Shown here: piece after piece, positions 29,073 to 38,197 of the stretch | How positions within the stretch are numbered: position 1 is the stretch's first letter | Layout of the letters: each line of letters opens with the position of its first letter | Assembly: GCA_042216675.1 (NCBI GenBank) | Contig: JBDGTS010000007.1 | Coordinates: forward strand, 32,001-96,000 | Reading direction: 5' to 3' | Length of the DNA: 64,000 nucleotides | Source of the DNA: Halobacteriaceae archaeon | GTDB lineage: Archaea; Halobacteriota; Halobacteria; Halobacteriales; Halobacteriaceae | The notes under the pieces: generated by a model | The model's input: the letters and a program-made list of their open reading frames with translations, nothing else | What the model was told of the DNA's origin: nothing | The model's database searches: none | Translations under genes and position numbers: made by a program

Positions 29073-30221
29073 TCAGTCCACGACGACGTGGCGCGTCCGG
29101 TTCGCTTCCACGAAGTCCCAGTCGATGTCGACGCCGAGGCCCGGTCCCTCGGGGACGGCGACGTGGCCGTCGTCGTCCACGACTTCGATTGGGGTCTCGT
29201 AGCCGACGTTGTTCGTCCACTCGAAGCCGAGTTCCGGGTGGACGAGGCCGTGTTCGAAGTAGCCGGCGTTGGGCACCGCCGAGAGCAAGTGGAGGTGTGC
29301 CGCGCCGCCGAGATGGGGTTCGAGGTCCATCCCCGCGGACTGGACGGCGTGGACCGTCTTCATCGCGCCCGTCAGGCCGCCGCCGAGGTGGGCGTCGACG
29401 CGCACCAAGTCGAGGGCGTCCTCGAACAGGTGGTCGATGGCGCCGAACGGTTCGGTGCGGGAGTGTTCGAGGCCGAGAATCGGCGTGTCCAGTTCCTCGG
29501 TGAGGCGGCGCATCGCGTAGGCGCTGTCGCCGGTGTCGCGCAGCGGGTCCTCGTACCACGCGAAGTCGAGTTCGTCCAGCACCCGGCCCACCTTCAGCGC
29601 GTCCGAGTAGCGCCGGTAGCAACTGGACGGGTCGATCATCAGCTCCATCTCGTCGCCGACGGCGTCGTCGACGGCGCGACAGATTTCGACGTCCCGGTCG
29701 GCGTCCCCCAGCGGGTGAATCTTGAACGCCGGATACCCCCGGTCGCGGCACTCGCGGGCGAAGTCGGCGTACGTCGAGGGCGTGTCGTACTCCGGGTTGC
29801 CCGACGTGGTGGAGGCGTAGGCGGGCACGCGCTCCCGCATCCGACCGCCCAGCAGTGTGGCGACGGACTCGCCGTACTTCTTGCCGGCGAGGTCCCAGAG
29901 GGCGATGTCGATGGGGCCGATGCCGAGGTGCCCCGTGTGTCTGAGCGCCCGCCGCAGGTCGAACCAGATGGCCTCACGGTTGAGGGGGTTCCGCCCCAGC
30001 AGGAAGTCCTCGGCGACGTGTTCGACCTGTGGAACGGTGAGGGCGCCGAAAATCTGGCCTCGGTACTGGCCGGTCACCCCCTCGTCGGTGTGAATCGAGA
30101 GGACGAAGGAGGTCCCTTCGGCCGTCTCGCCCGGTTCGTACACGGACTCGCCGTCCGGGCGGGTGCCGACATCTGCCTGTTCGAACGCGAACTCGTCGAT
30201 TTCGACTGCGGTGATTTCCAT
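29073..30221 (-). CDS. Mandelate racemase/enolase superfamily enzyme
   Basis: IDIALWDLAGK, VPAYAST, FKIH, MIDP, WYEDP, GPGLG. Confidence 0.88.
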   Translation of the reverse strand: MEITAVEIDEFAFEQADVGTRPDGESVYEPGETAEGTSFVLSIHTDEGVTGQYRGQIFGALTVPQVEHVAEDFLLGRNPLNREAIWFDLRRALRHTGHLGIGPIDIALWDLAGKKYGESVATLLGGRMRERVPAYASTTSGNPEYDTPSTYADFARECRDRGYPAFKIHPLGDADRDVEICRAVDDAVGDEMELMIDPSSCYRRYSDALKVGRVLDELDFAWYEDPLRDTGDSAYAMRRLTEELDTPILGLEHSRTEPFGAIDHLFEDALDLVRVDAHLGGGLTGAMKTVHAVQSAGMDLEPHLGGAAHLHLLSAVPNAGYFEHGLVHPELGFEWTNNVGYETPIEVVDDDGHVAVPEGPGLGVDIDWDFVEANRTRHVVVD

Positions 30222-30321
30222 TCGGAGTGGCTCCGACGCTGGTACGTCGAAAAGCGAGTCGGTGCCACCCGGAATAAGGGTTTCCCAAAGGCTCATTTGC
30301 GCGGGCCGCGCCTCGGTTCAC

Positions 30322-31239
30322 ATGGCTGCATTCGAGGGCGTCTGCCCCATCGTCTCCACGCCGTTCGACGAGGACGGGAGCGTCGACTACGACAGTCTGG
30401 AAACGCAAATCACCGCGCTCGCGGACGGTGGCTGTCACGGCGCCATCCTCTTTGGCTTCGCCGGCGAGTTCTACAAACTCACCGAGGAGGAACAGGGCCG
30501 CATCGTGGCGCGGTCCGTCGCGGCCGCCGACGAGGCCGAGATTCCGCTCTACGTCTCCATCACGGCCCACGCGACGAGCGTCGCCGTGGACCGGGCGCGC
30601 GCCGCCGAAACTACGGGCGCCGACGGCCTGATGCTCCTCCCGCCGTTCGTCATGGGGCCGAGCGCCGACGACATCCGCGACCACATCGAGGCCGTCGGGG
30701 AGGCCGTCGACCTGCCGGTGATGGTGCAGTACGCGCCCGACAACACCGGCGTCTCCATCTCGCCGGAGACGTTCGTCGAGGTGAGCGAGTCACTGCCGAA
30801 CGTGAACCGCTACAAGGTCGAGTGTAGTCCCCCCGGCGGCTACACGACGGCGCTCCTCGACGCCGCGCCCGACGACGTGGAGGTGCTGGTGGGAAGCGGC
30901 GGCCGCGCCTTCATCGAGATGCTGGACCGCGGCGGCGTCGGCGTCGTCCCCGGCGGCGCCCTCCACGAGATTTACGTCGAAATCTACGAGCGATACGAGG
31001 CCGGCGACAGGGCCGGAGCCCTCGAACTCCACCGGGAACTGCTCCCATACCTCCAGCACATCGGCCAGACCGGCGAGATGTTCATCCACTACGAGAAGCG
31101 CCTCATCGCCGACAGGGGCTTCATCGACGACCCCACCTGCCGGGACCCCGCCTTCGACCCGGACGACTACCTCGACGACCTGTTCGCTGACCTCGCAGAC
31201 CCCCTCGTGGAGCGGGCAGAAGACCTGCGCCCGGCCTGA
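30322..31239 (+). CDS. DapA/NAL-family enzyme (2-keto-3-deoxy sugar-acid aldolase or dehydratase)
   Basis: TPFDEDGSVD, GFAGEF, GADGLMLLPPF, Schiff-base Lys in YKVE. Confidence 0.85.
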   Translation: MAAFEGVCPIVSTPFDEDGSVDYDSLETQITALADGGCHGAILFGFAGEFYKLTEEEQGRIVARSVAAADEAEIPLYVSITAHATSVAVDRARAAETTGADGLMLLPPFVMGPSADDIRDHIEAVGEAVDLPVMVQYAPDNTGVSISPETFVEVSESLPNVNRYKVECSPPGGYTTALLDAAPDDVEVLVGSGGRAFIEMLDRGGVGVVPGGALHEIYVEIYERYEAGDRAGALELHRELLPYLQHIGQTGEMFIHYEKRLIADRGFIDDPTCRDPAFDPDDYLDDLFADLADPLVERAEDLRPA

Positions 31240-31293
31240 GCCTACGCAGTTTTCGTCCCCGTTGAAGGCGCCGGCACCCGTCTCTCCGCCGAG

Positions 31294-31935
31294 ATGCTCG
31301 TGGCCTTCGACTTCGACGGCGCGCTGGCGGAGAACGACATGACCGTCGCCCTCGCGGCCGAGGCGGGCGTCGAGGACGAGGTGGCCGCCATCGCCGACAG
31401 AGCGGCGACCGGCGACGTCGACCACGCCGAGGGCATTCGGGAACGTGTCGCTCTCTTCGAGGGCCTCTCCGCGGACCGCGTCGACAGCGCGTTCGACCGT
31501 GTGAAACTCCGATCGGGCGCCGCCGACTTGCTCGCGGACCTCCGAGAAGCGGGCCACCGCGTCGCCGTCGTCTCGGAGGGCTTCGAGCGCGGCGTCGACC
31601 ACGTCTTCGCGAACCGACGCCCGCGCGTCGACGCCGACGACGTGGTGGCGAATCGCCTCGTCTTCGACGACCACGACGCCCTCATCGGCGACGTGGAGGG
31701 GCCGCTCCTCGACGGCAGTCCGGCCGACGCCCTCGACTCCATCGCCACCGCCGCCGGCGTTCCGATGACCGAGACGCTCGCGGTGGGCGGGCGCGCGTAC
31801 TCGCTCCCGATGCTACAGGCAGCCGACGACGCCGTCGGCTTCCACCCGGACGCCGTGGTCGAGGACTACGTGGACTACGTGCGCCGCGACGTGGGCCAAC
31901 TCCGCCTGCACTTCGAGGACCACGGCCTGCTATAG
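31294..31935 (+). CDS. SerB-like HAD protein with degenerate catalytic motifs
   Basis: MLVAFDFDG, RERVAL..GL, GFERGV, VANRL, GDVEGPL; motif IV reads GGRAYS. Confidence 0.75.
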   Translation: MLVAFDFDGALAENDMTVALAAEAGVEDEVAAIADRAATGDVDHAEGIRERVALFEGLSADRVDSAFDRVKLRSGAADLLADLREAGHRVAVVSEGFERGVDHVFANRRPRVDADDVVANRLVFDDHDALIGDVEGPLLDGSPADALDSIATAAGVPMTETLAVGGRAYSLPMLQAADDAVGFHPDAVVEDYVDYVRRDVGQLRLHFEDHGLL

Positions 31936-33135
31936 CCGCTCCGCCGCCGCCGCGTCCGCGGCCGCCCACGCGAACAGGTCGTCGGGTTCCTGCGCCTCGA
32001 TGGTCGAGAGCGAGGCGCCCGTCGCCGGCCGGTCCGGCGCGAAGCGGTTACAGCCGGCGGGTATCGTCGCGTCCGCGAACGTTCCGATGGCGCGGGCCTG
32101 CTCCATCACGTCCGTCTTGTCCTCGGTCAGCAGGGGCCGGTGAATCGGGAGCGTCGTCGCGGCGCTGGTAACCGCGAGGTTCGCGGCGGTCTGACTCGAC
32201 TTCTGCCCGACGACTTCCCCCGTGACGACGCCCGAACACCCCTCGCGATCGGCGATCTCCTCGGCGACGCGGAACATGTACCGTCGGAAGGCGAGCATTC
32301 GGCCCTGGTCGAGTTCCTCGGCGATGCGCGCGACGCTCTCCCCCGCCGGGACGACGTAGGCCGGCGTGTCGGCGTGGGGCGCGTACTCGCGGAGGGTGCG
32401 CATCGACTCCACCGCTCGCGCCCGGTGGTCCGGGCCGCCGTAGTCGCCGATGTCGAGGTACACTGGCACGACGGGCGACCCGCGGCGCATCGCCTCGAAG
32501 GCGGCCACGGGGGAGTCGATGCCGCCGCTGAGCAGGGCCACCAGCGGGTCTTGGCTCCCGACGGGGAGGCCACCCGGCCCGTCGCGGCGTTCGACGAAGA
32601 CGAACGTCTCCGCGGTGCGGCAGTCGACGCCCACGGTGAAGTCGGGGTCGTCCAAGTCGACCGTCGGCTCGAAGTCCACCGCGTCGTCAGGCCCCGCCTG
32701 ACTGCTCGTGGGGCCGTTCCCCACGGCGTCGAAGACGGCGGCGCCGCCGAACTCGCCCACGTCCTCGCTGTCGAAGGGGAGCGAGGAGTCGCCACGGTTG
32801 GCGTCGACGGCGAAACTGCCGCCGTCGTAGTGTTCGCGCGCCGCGTCGGCGACGGCGTCGGCGATGGCCGCGCGCTCAGAGGGCACCGACGCCGCGGGAC
32901 TGGCCGAGACGACGCCGGGTGCGTCGGCCGCGGCCGCGGCCGCGGCGTCGGGGGCTGGCGTCCGGACGACGAGCCGACCCGAGTACGCCTCGACGGTGCC
33001 CTCGACGTTCCGGTCCGCGAGGATGGCGTCGAGGTTGTCGCGGAGGCGGGCCGTCATCCGCTCCCGGACGGCGTCGCTCTTCGTGTAAATCTCGCCGAAG
33101 CGGACGACTACCGCGTCGGCGCCGGGGGGATGCAT
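31930..33135 (-). CDS. thiI: tRNA sulfurtransferase ThiI
   Basis: VRFGEI..KS, THUMP region, GPGGLPVG, LSGGIDS PP-loop, GQKSSQT. Confidence 0.9.
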   Translation of the reverse strand: MHPPGADAVVVRFGEIYTKSDAVRERMTARLRDNLDAILADRNVEGTVEAYSGRLVVRTPAPDAAAAAAADAPGVVSASPAASVPSERAAIADAVADAAREHYDGGSFAVDANRGDSSLPFDSEDVGEFGGAAVFDAVGNGPTSSQAGPDDAVDFEPTVDLDDPDFTVGVDCRTAETFVFVERRDGPGGLPVGSQDPLVALLSGGIDSPVAAFEAMRRGSPVVPVYLDIGDYGGPDHRARAVESMRTLREYAPHADTPAYVVPAGESVARIAEELDQGRMLAFRRYMFRVAEEIADREGCSGVVTGEVVGQKSSQTAANLAVTSAATTLPIHRPLLTEDKTDVMEQARAIGTFADATIPAGCNRFAPDRPATGASLSTIEAQEPDDLFAWAAADAAAAERL

Positions 33136-33224
33136 GGGTCCCCTACGGCCCCGCGGACTCTTGGGACTTCTGAAGCGACGCCGCAAGGACAACAGATAAA
33201 CGTCGGCGGTCCCGGGTCTCTGAC

Positions 33225-34271
33225 ATGGACGGGGCAATCGCCCTCCTCAACTTCGGCGAACCGTCCGAACCGACGCGCGAGGAAGTCGTGCCGTACCTCG
33301 CGCGCATCTTTCGCAACAACGCCGACCTCGAGGAGGCTGACACCGAAGCCGAGGTCCGGGAGCGCTCCCGCGAACTCGCGGAGCGCCGCGCCCCCGGCCT
33401 CATCGCGGAGTACGAGGAGATCGGGGGCTCACCCCTGAACGAACAGGCGGCGGGGCAGGCCGACCGCCTGAAGGCCGAACTCGCGGACCGGGGGTACGAC
33501 GTGGAGACGTATCTCGGGATGCAGTTCACCGAACCGTTCGTCTCCGACGCGGCCGAGAACGCCCGCGCCGACGGCGCGGACCACCTCGTCGGCCTCCCCA
33601 TCTACCCGCTGTGTGGCCCCTCGACCACCGTCGCGGCGCTCGACGACCTCGAAGCCGCCGTCGACGACGCCGACTGGGACCCACAGTTCGACGCGGTGAC
33701 CGGGTGGCACCGCCATCCCGTCTACACGCGGATGCGGGCCGAGGCCATCGCCGACTACGCCGAGTCGGCGGGCGTGGACCTCACCGACCCGGACACGGCG
33801 CTCGTCTTCTCCGCGCACGGCACGCCCCGGCACTACCTGAACGAGGGGAGCCGGTACGACACGTACGTCGAGGAGTTCACCAGCACCGTCGCCGCGATGC
33901 TGGGCGTCGAGGAGTACGAACTCGGCTACCAGAACCACGAGAACCGCGACATCCCGTGGACCGAACCCGAAGTCGAGGACGTCATCGAGACGGTGGACGC
34001 CGACCGCGTCGTCGTGGACCCGGTGAGCTTCATGCACGAGCAAAGCGAGACGCTCTCCGAACTCGACGACGAACTCGAGGAGGAGGCCGAGGAGCGCGGA
34101 CTAACGTTCCACCGCGTCCCGATTCCCCACGACGACGAGCGGTTCGCGGAGGTACTGGCCGACCTCGTCGAACCGTTCCTCGCGGACTTTGACCCCGGCT
34201 ACTACCAGTTCCGGCAGTGTGAGTGCCGCGACGAACCCGGGACGATGTGCCTGAACGCGCCCTGTCGATGA
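33225..34271 (+). CDS. hemH: Ferrochelatase (probably coproporphyrin ferrochelatase)
   Basis: LLNFGEP, YEEIGGSPL, PIYP, FSAHG, YQN, WTEP, SFMHEQSETL.ELD. Confidence 0.9.
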   Translation: MDGAIALLNFGEPSEPTREEVVPYLARIFRNNADLEEADTEAEVRERSRELAERRAPGLIAEYEEIGGSPLNEQAAGQADRLKAELADRGYDVETYLGMQFTEPFVSDAAENARADGADHLVGLPIYPLCGPSTTVAALDDLEAAVDDADWDPQFDAVTGWHRHPVYTRMRAEAIADYAESAGVDLTDPDTALVFSAHGTPRHYLNEGSRYDTYVEEFTSTVAAMLGVEEYELGYQNHENRDIPWTEPEVEDVIETVDADRVVVDPVSFMHEQSETLSELDDELEEEAEERGLTFHRVPIPHDDERFAEVLADLVEPFLADFDPGYYQFRQCECRDEPGTMCLNAPCR

Positions 34272-35527
34272 CGGTCGGCATCGTCGGCGCGGGCGTCACC
34301 GGTCTCGCGCTCACCCACCGCCTCGCCGACCGGGACACCGACAGCGTGGCTTTCGAGGCGAGCGACGAACCGGGCGGCGTCGTGCGCTCGGAGACGGAGG
34401 ACGGCCGCGTCCTCGAACGCGGCCCCCAGCGTACCCGCCTCACGCCCGGCATCGAGTCGCTCGTGGACGACGTGGGCCTGCGCGGGGACATGCTGACGGC
34501 CGACCCCGAACTGCCGATGTACGTCTACGCCAACGGCCGCCTCGGCGTCGTGCCGTTCTCGGTCCGAAAGTTCCTCACGACGGACCTGCTGTCGTGGCGG
34601 GGCAAACTCCGGGTGCTGGCCGAACCCCTCACCGCACAGGGCCACGAGAACGAGACGGCCGCGCACCTGTTCCGACGGAAGTTCGGCGACGAGGCGTACG
34701 AGAACTTCATCGGTCCCCTGTTCGGCGGCATCTACGGCTCCGACCCCGCCGAGATGCCCGCCGGCTACGCCCCCTCGCCCATCTTGGACCTCGAACGCCG
34801 GTCCGGGAGTCTCCTGCGGCCGGCCATCGAGACGGCGTTCGACAACGAGTCGAAGCCCCCCATCTCGTTCACCGACGGCATGCAGGCGTTGCCCCGCGCT
34901 CTCCACGAGGAACACGCCGACCGGGTGCGCCTCGACACGCCGGTGACGGCCGTCCGCGAGGTCGAGGACGGCTACCGGATCGAAACCGAGGCCGGCGCCG
35001 AACCCGTCGACGACGTGGTGCTGACGACGCCGGCGGACGCGACGGCGGACATCCTCGACGAACTGGTGCCCGACGCCGCGGCGCGTCTCCGTCGCCTCAA
35101 CTACAATCCGCTCGCCCTCGTCTACCTCGACGCGGACCACGCCCGCGAGGGCTTCGGCTATCAGGTGCGCCGCGAGGAGGGCCTCCGAACGCTGGGCGTC
35201 TCGTGGAACGCGAGCCTCTTCGACAGGGACGGCGTCCACACCGCCTTCCTCGGCGGGATGAACGACTCCGAAATCCTCGACGAGAGCGACGACTTTCTGG
35301 GCACCGTCGCCAGCGAGGAGTTCCGGCAGGTGATGGGCGTCGAGAGCGACGTCATCGACGTGGTGCGTCTCGACCGCGGCTTCCCGGCGTGGGACCGGTC
35401 GTGGCGCCACCTCGACGACCTCGAACTGCCCGACGGAGTCCACCTCGCGACGAACTACACCGCGCGGATGGGCCTGCCGGGGCGGATTCGGGAGGCGGCG
35501 TCGCTCGCCGACGAACTCAGCGACTGA
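34268..35527 (+). CDS. hemY: HemY-type (copro/proto)porphyrinogen oxidase
   Basis: IVGAGVTGL FAD motif, GGVVRS, ERGP, GGIYG.D, GMQALP, GFGY; translationally coupled to hemH (ATGA overlap). Confidence 0.88.
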   Translation: MTVGIVGAGVTGLALTHRLADRDTDSVAFEASDEPGGVVRSETEDGRVLERGPQRTRLTPGIESLVDDVGLRGDMLTADPELPMYVYANGRLGVVPFSVRKFLTTDLLSWRGKLRVLAEPLTAQGHENETAAHLFRRKFGDEAYENFIGPLFGGIYGSDPAEMPAGYAPSPILDLERRSGSLLRPAIETAFDNESKPPISFTDGMQALPRALHEEHADRVRLDTPVTAVREVEDGYRIETEAGAEPVDDVVLTTPADATADILDELVPDAAARLRRLNYNPLALVYLDADHAREGFGYQVRREEGLRTLGVSWNASLFDRDGVHTAFLGGMNDSEILDESDDFLGTVASEEFRQVMGVESDVIDVVRLDRGFPAWDRSWRHLDDLELPDGVHLATNYTARMGLPGRIREAASLADELSD

Positions 35528-36524
35528 TCGACTGCGCCGTCTCGACGAAGGTGGCGACGCTCTCGACGGGCGTGTTCTTGTTGACGCCGTGGCCGAGATT
35601 GAGGATGTGCCCGCTGTCGCCTGCCGCGTCCACGACGGCCCGCGTCTGCTCCGCGACGAACGTCTCGTCCCCGAACAGGTACGACGGGTCGAGATTGCCC
35701 TGCACCGGCGTGTCGCCGAGCGTCTCGCGCGCTTCAGCCATGTCCACCGTCCAGTCGAGGCTCACCACGTCGGCACCGCTCTCGGCCAACACGTCGAGAC
35801 TGCCGCCCATGTCCCGGACGAAGACGATGGTGGGCACGTCCACCGAATCGAAGATGCGCCGGTGGAGGGGGAGCAGGAACTCCTCGTAGTCCGCGGGCGT
35901 CAGCGAGGCGGCGTACGTGTCGAACAGCTGGAGGACGTCCGCGCCGTGGTCGACCTGATACTGGAAGTAGTCGGCCACCACGTCGGCGAAGACGTCGAGG
36001 AGGTCCGCGAAGGCGCCGGGGTGCTGGGCGCGGAAGCGCCGGAGTGACATGTGAGAGCGGGAGGGGCCGCCCTCGACGGCGTAGGAAGCGAGCGTGAACG
36101 GTCCCCCGGCGAAGCCGATGGTGGCGGCGTCGTCGCCCAGCGACGCGTCGAGGCGGTCCAGAAGCGCGCCCACGTAGTCGATCTCCTCGCTCACGTCGGC
36201 GTAGTCCTCCGGAACCGCGTCGGGCGTCTCGACGGGGTTCTCCACGACGGGGCCAACCCCGGACTCGATGTGATAGGTGAGGTCCAGCGGTTCGAGGACG
36301 GTGAGGATGTCCGAGTACATCACGACGCCGTCGACGCCGAAGCGCTCGTACGGCATCAGGCTGATCTCCTCGGCGATTTCGGGCGTCTTGATGGCTTCGA
36401 GGAACGTGTACTCCTCCCGAACTTCGCGGTACTCCGGGAGGTAGCGTCCGGCCTGTCGCATCAGCCACACCGGCGGTCGCTCCGTCCGCTCGCCGCGCGC
36501 GGCCCGGAGAAACAGGTCCTTCAT
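35517..36524 (-). CDS. hemE: Uroporphyrinogen decarboxylase
   Basis: PVWLMRQAGRYLPEY, YSDIL, GFAGGPFTLASY, QLFD, QGNLDP, NLGHG. Confidence 0.95.
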   Translation of the reverse strand: MKDLFLRAARGERTERPPVWLMRQAGRYLPEYREVREEYTFLEAIKTPEIAEEISLMPYERFGVDGVVMYSDILTVLEPLDLTYHIESGVGPVVENPVETPDAVPEDYADVSEEIDYVGALLDRLDASLGDDAATIGFAGGPFTLASYAVEGGPSRSHMSLRRFRAQHPGAFADLLDVFADVVADYFQYQVDHGADVLQLFDTYAASLTPADYEEFLLPLHRRIFDSVDVPTIVFVRDMGGSLDVLAESGADVVSLDWTVDMAEARETLGDTPVQGNLDPSYLFGDETFVAEQTRAVVDAAGDSGHILNLGHGVNKNTPVESVATFVETAQSISR

Positions 36525-36619
36525 TACCGGTGGGTAGCCCGAGGCGGCAAAGAAGATTGGGAATCCGTCGCGGGGCCGGAGCCGACATGGCTTTGGGGAT
36601 TCAGTCCCCTCTCTCGCAC

Positions 36620-36895
36620 ATGCAGTGGACGCTCTTCGCTGACTTGGCCGACGTGGCCGGCGACAGGGAGGTAGCGGTAGACCTCGACGCCGGCGACCCG
36701 ACAGTTCGGGACGCGCTCGACGCCCTGTTCGCGGCCGCACCGGGACTGGAGGACCGGGTCTGTGACGGCGACGGCTCGCTTCGGGACCACGTGAACGTCC
36801 TCCGCAACGGCGAAACGCTCGACGAGTCGGACCTCGACCAGACGCTCGACGCCGACGACGAACTCGCCCTGTTCCCGCCGGTCAGCGGCGGCTAG
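36620..36895 (+). CDS. Ubiquitin-like small archaeal modifier/sulfur carrier (SAMP1/MoaD family)
   Basis: LFADLA, HVNVLRNG, C-terminal FPPVSGG. Confidence 0.9.
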   Translation: MQWTLFADLADVAGDREVAVDLDAGDPTVRDALDALFAAAPGLEDRVCDGDGSLRDHVNVLRNGETLDESDLDQTLDADDELALFPPVSGG

Positions 36896-36896
36896 G

Positions 36897-37850
36897 CTAC
36901 ACGACCTGATTTTCGAGGTCCGCGTAGCCGCTCTCGCGGACGCGCTCGACGTTGCCGGCGAGCAGGTCCGCCAGCCTGTCGAACAGTTTCGGGCTGTGGC
37001 CGGCGTTGTGCGGCGTCACGAGGACGTTCTCGAAGTCCCACAGTGGATGGTCGTGTGGCAGAGGTTCGGGATCCGTCACGTCGAGGGCGGCGCCGCGAAT
37101 CCGACTGTTCCGCACGGCGTCCATCAGCGCCTCGGTGTCGACGATGGGGCCGCGGCCGACGTTGACGAGGACGCTGTCGGCGCGCATCGTCTTGAACACC
37201 GGCCCGTCCACGAGGTTCTCGGTGGCGTCCGAGAGCGGACACGCCACCACGACGTACGCGGCGTCGGCGACGGCCTCGTGAATCTCGTCGAACCCGTACA
37301 CCTCGTCCGTCGGGCCGCCCTTCGCGGGCGTGTACCGGACGCCCACCGTCGTCACGTCGAAGCCCTCCAGTCGCGGCACGAGTGCCTGTCCGATGCCACC
37401 GAGGCCGACGATGGCGACTGTCTCGCCCGCGAGTTCGTGGGACTGGAAGTGCCGCCACTCGGGCCGGTGCTCGCGGCGCCACCCCTCGTGGAGGTTGCGG
37501 CCGAAGGTGAGAATCCAGCCCATCACCTGTTCGGCGATGTTCGGGCCGTGGACGCCCGAGGCGTTCGTGACGGCCACGCCGCGCGTTCGGAACTCGTCGA
37601 GGGGCAAGTGGTCGTAGCCCGCTGAGGTGCCCGCGAACAGGCGAAGGTTCGCTGCCGCGTCGAGCAAGTCGCCGCGCAGGTCCCCACCGGTGACGATTTC
37701 GGCGTCCTCGATTGCTGCGAACTCCTCGTCGGGCGTCGACGCGTGGACGACCGCCGCGTCGGTGCGGTCCCGGAGTTTCGCGGCGTACTCGCTCGTCTCT
37801 ATCCCGTGGTTGGTGCCCCGCCGGACCAGAATCGTCGGCTCGGATGCCAT
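36897..37850 (-). CDS. D-2-hydroxyacid dehydrogenase
   Basis: AGYDH, IVGLGGIG, LVNVGRG, ALDVTDPEPL, TPHNAG. Confidence 0.9.
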   Translation of the reverse strand: MASEPTILVRRGTNHGIETSEYAAKLRDRTDAAVVHASTPDEEFAAIEDAEIVTGGDLRGDLLDAAANLRLFAGTSAGYDHLPLDEFRTRGVAVTNASGVHGPNIAEQVMGWILTFGRNLHEGWRREHRPEWRHFQSHELAGETVAIVGLGGIGQALVPRLEGFDVTTVGVRYTPAKGGPTDEVYGFDEIHEAVADAAYVVVACPLSDATENLVDGPVFKTMRADSVLVNVGRGPIVDTEALMDAVRNSRIRGAALDVTDPEPLPHDHPLWDFENVLVTPHNAGHSPKLFDRLADLLAGNVERVRESGYADLENQVV

Positions 37851-37924
37851 ACCTACTCCCGTACGGGAGCCCACCTCCTTGTGGCGGCCCCGGAGTACTT
37901 TGCCGGGGGGCACCATGGTGACGT

Positions 37925-38197
37925 ATGGCGGACCCGGGCGATCACGTCCGACCGGCGGGTGAGGACCGCGAGCACGGCGTCTACCGCGTCGTCGGCACCG
38001 GCGAGACCGTTGCGCTCCTCCGGGTGGCCGACGCGGACGGCCGGCGCGTCCACTCCGGGGAACTGCGCCACGTCGAGCGTCCGGTCCTCGAACGGGAGTT
38101 CGAGCGAGCCCCGGACCCCGACGCCGGGTTCGACCCGGTTCAGCGCCTCGAAAACGCGCTCTCGGGCCTCTACTGGCAGTTCCGGCGCTTCCTATGA
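37925..38197 (+). CDS. Small hypothetical protein
   Basis: 90-aa ORF ([25 protein letters not shown]) filling the gap, with host-like codon usage. Confidence 0.65.
   Translation: MADPGDHVRPAGEDREHGVYRVVGTGETVALLRVADADGRRVHSGELRHVERPVLEREFERAPDPDAGFDPVQRLENALSGLYWQFRRFL

Noticed and set aside
31930-36895. thiI and SAMP1 proximity as a sulfur-relay operon
   Set aside because: They are separated by the heme genes and lie on opposite strands, with no evidence of co-transcription.
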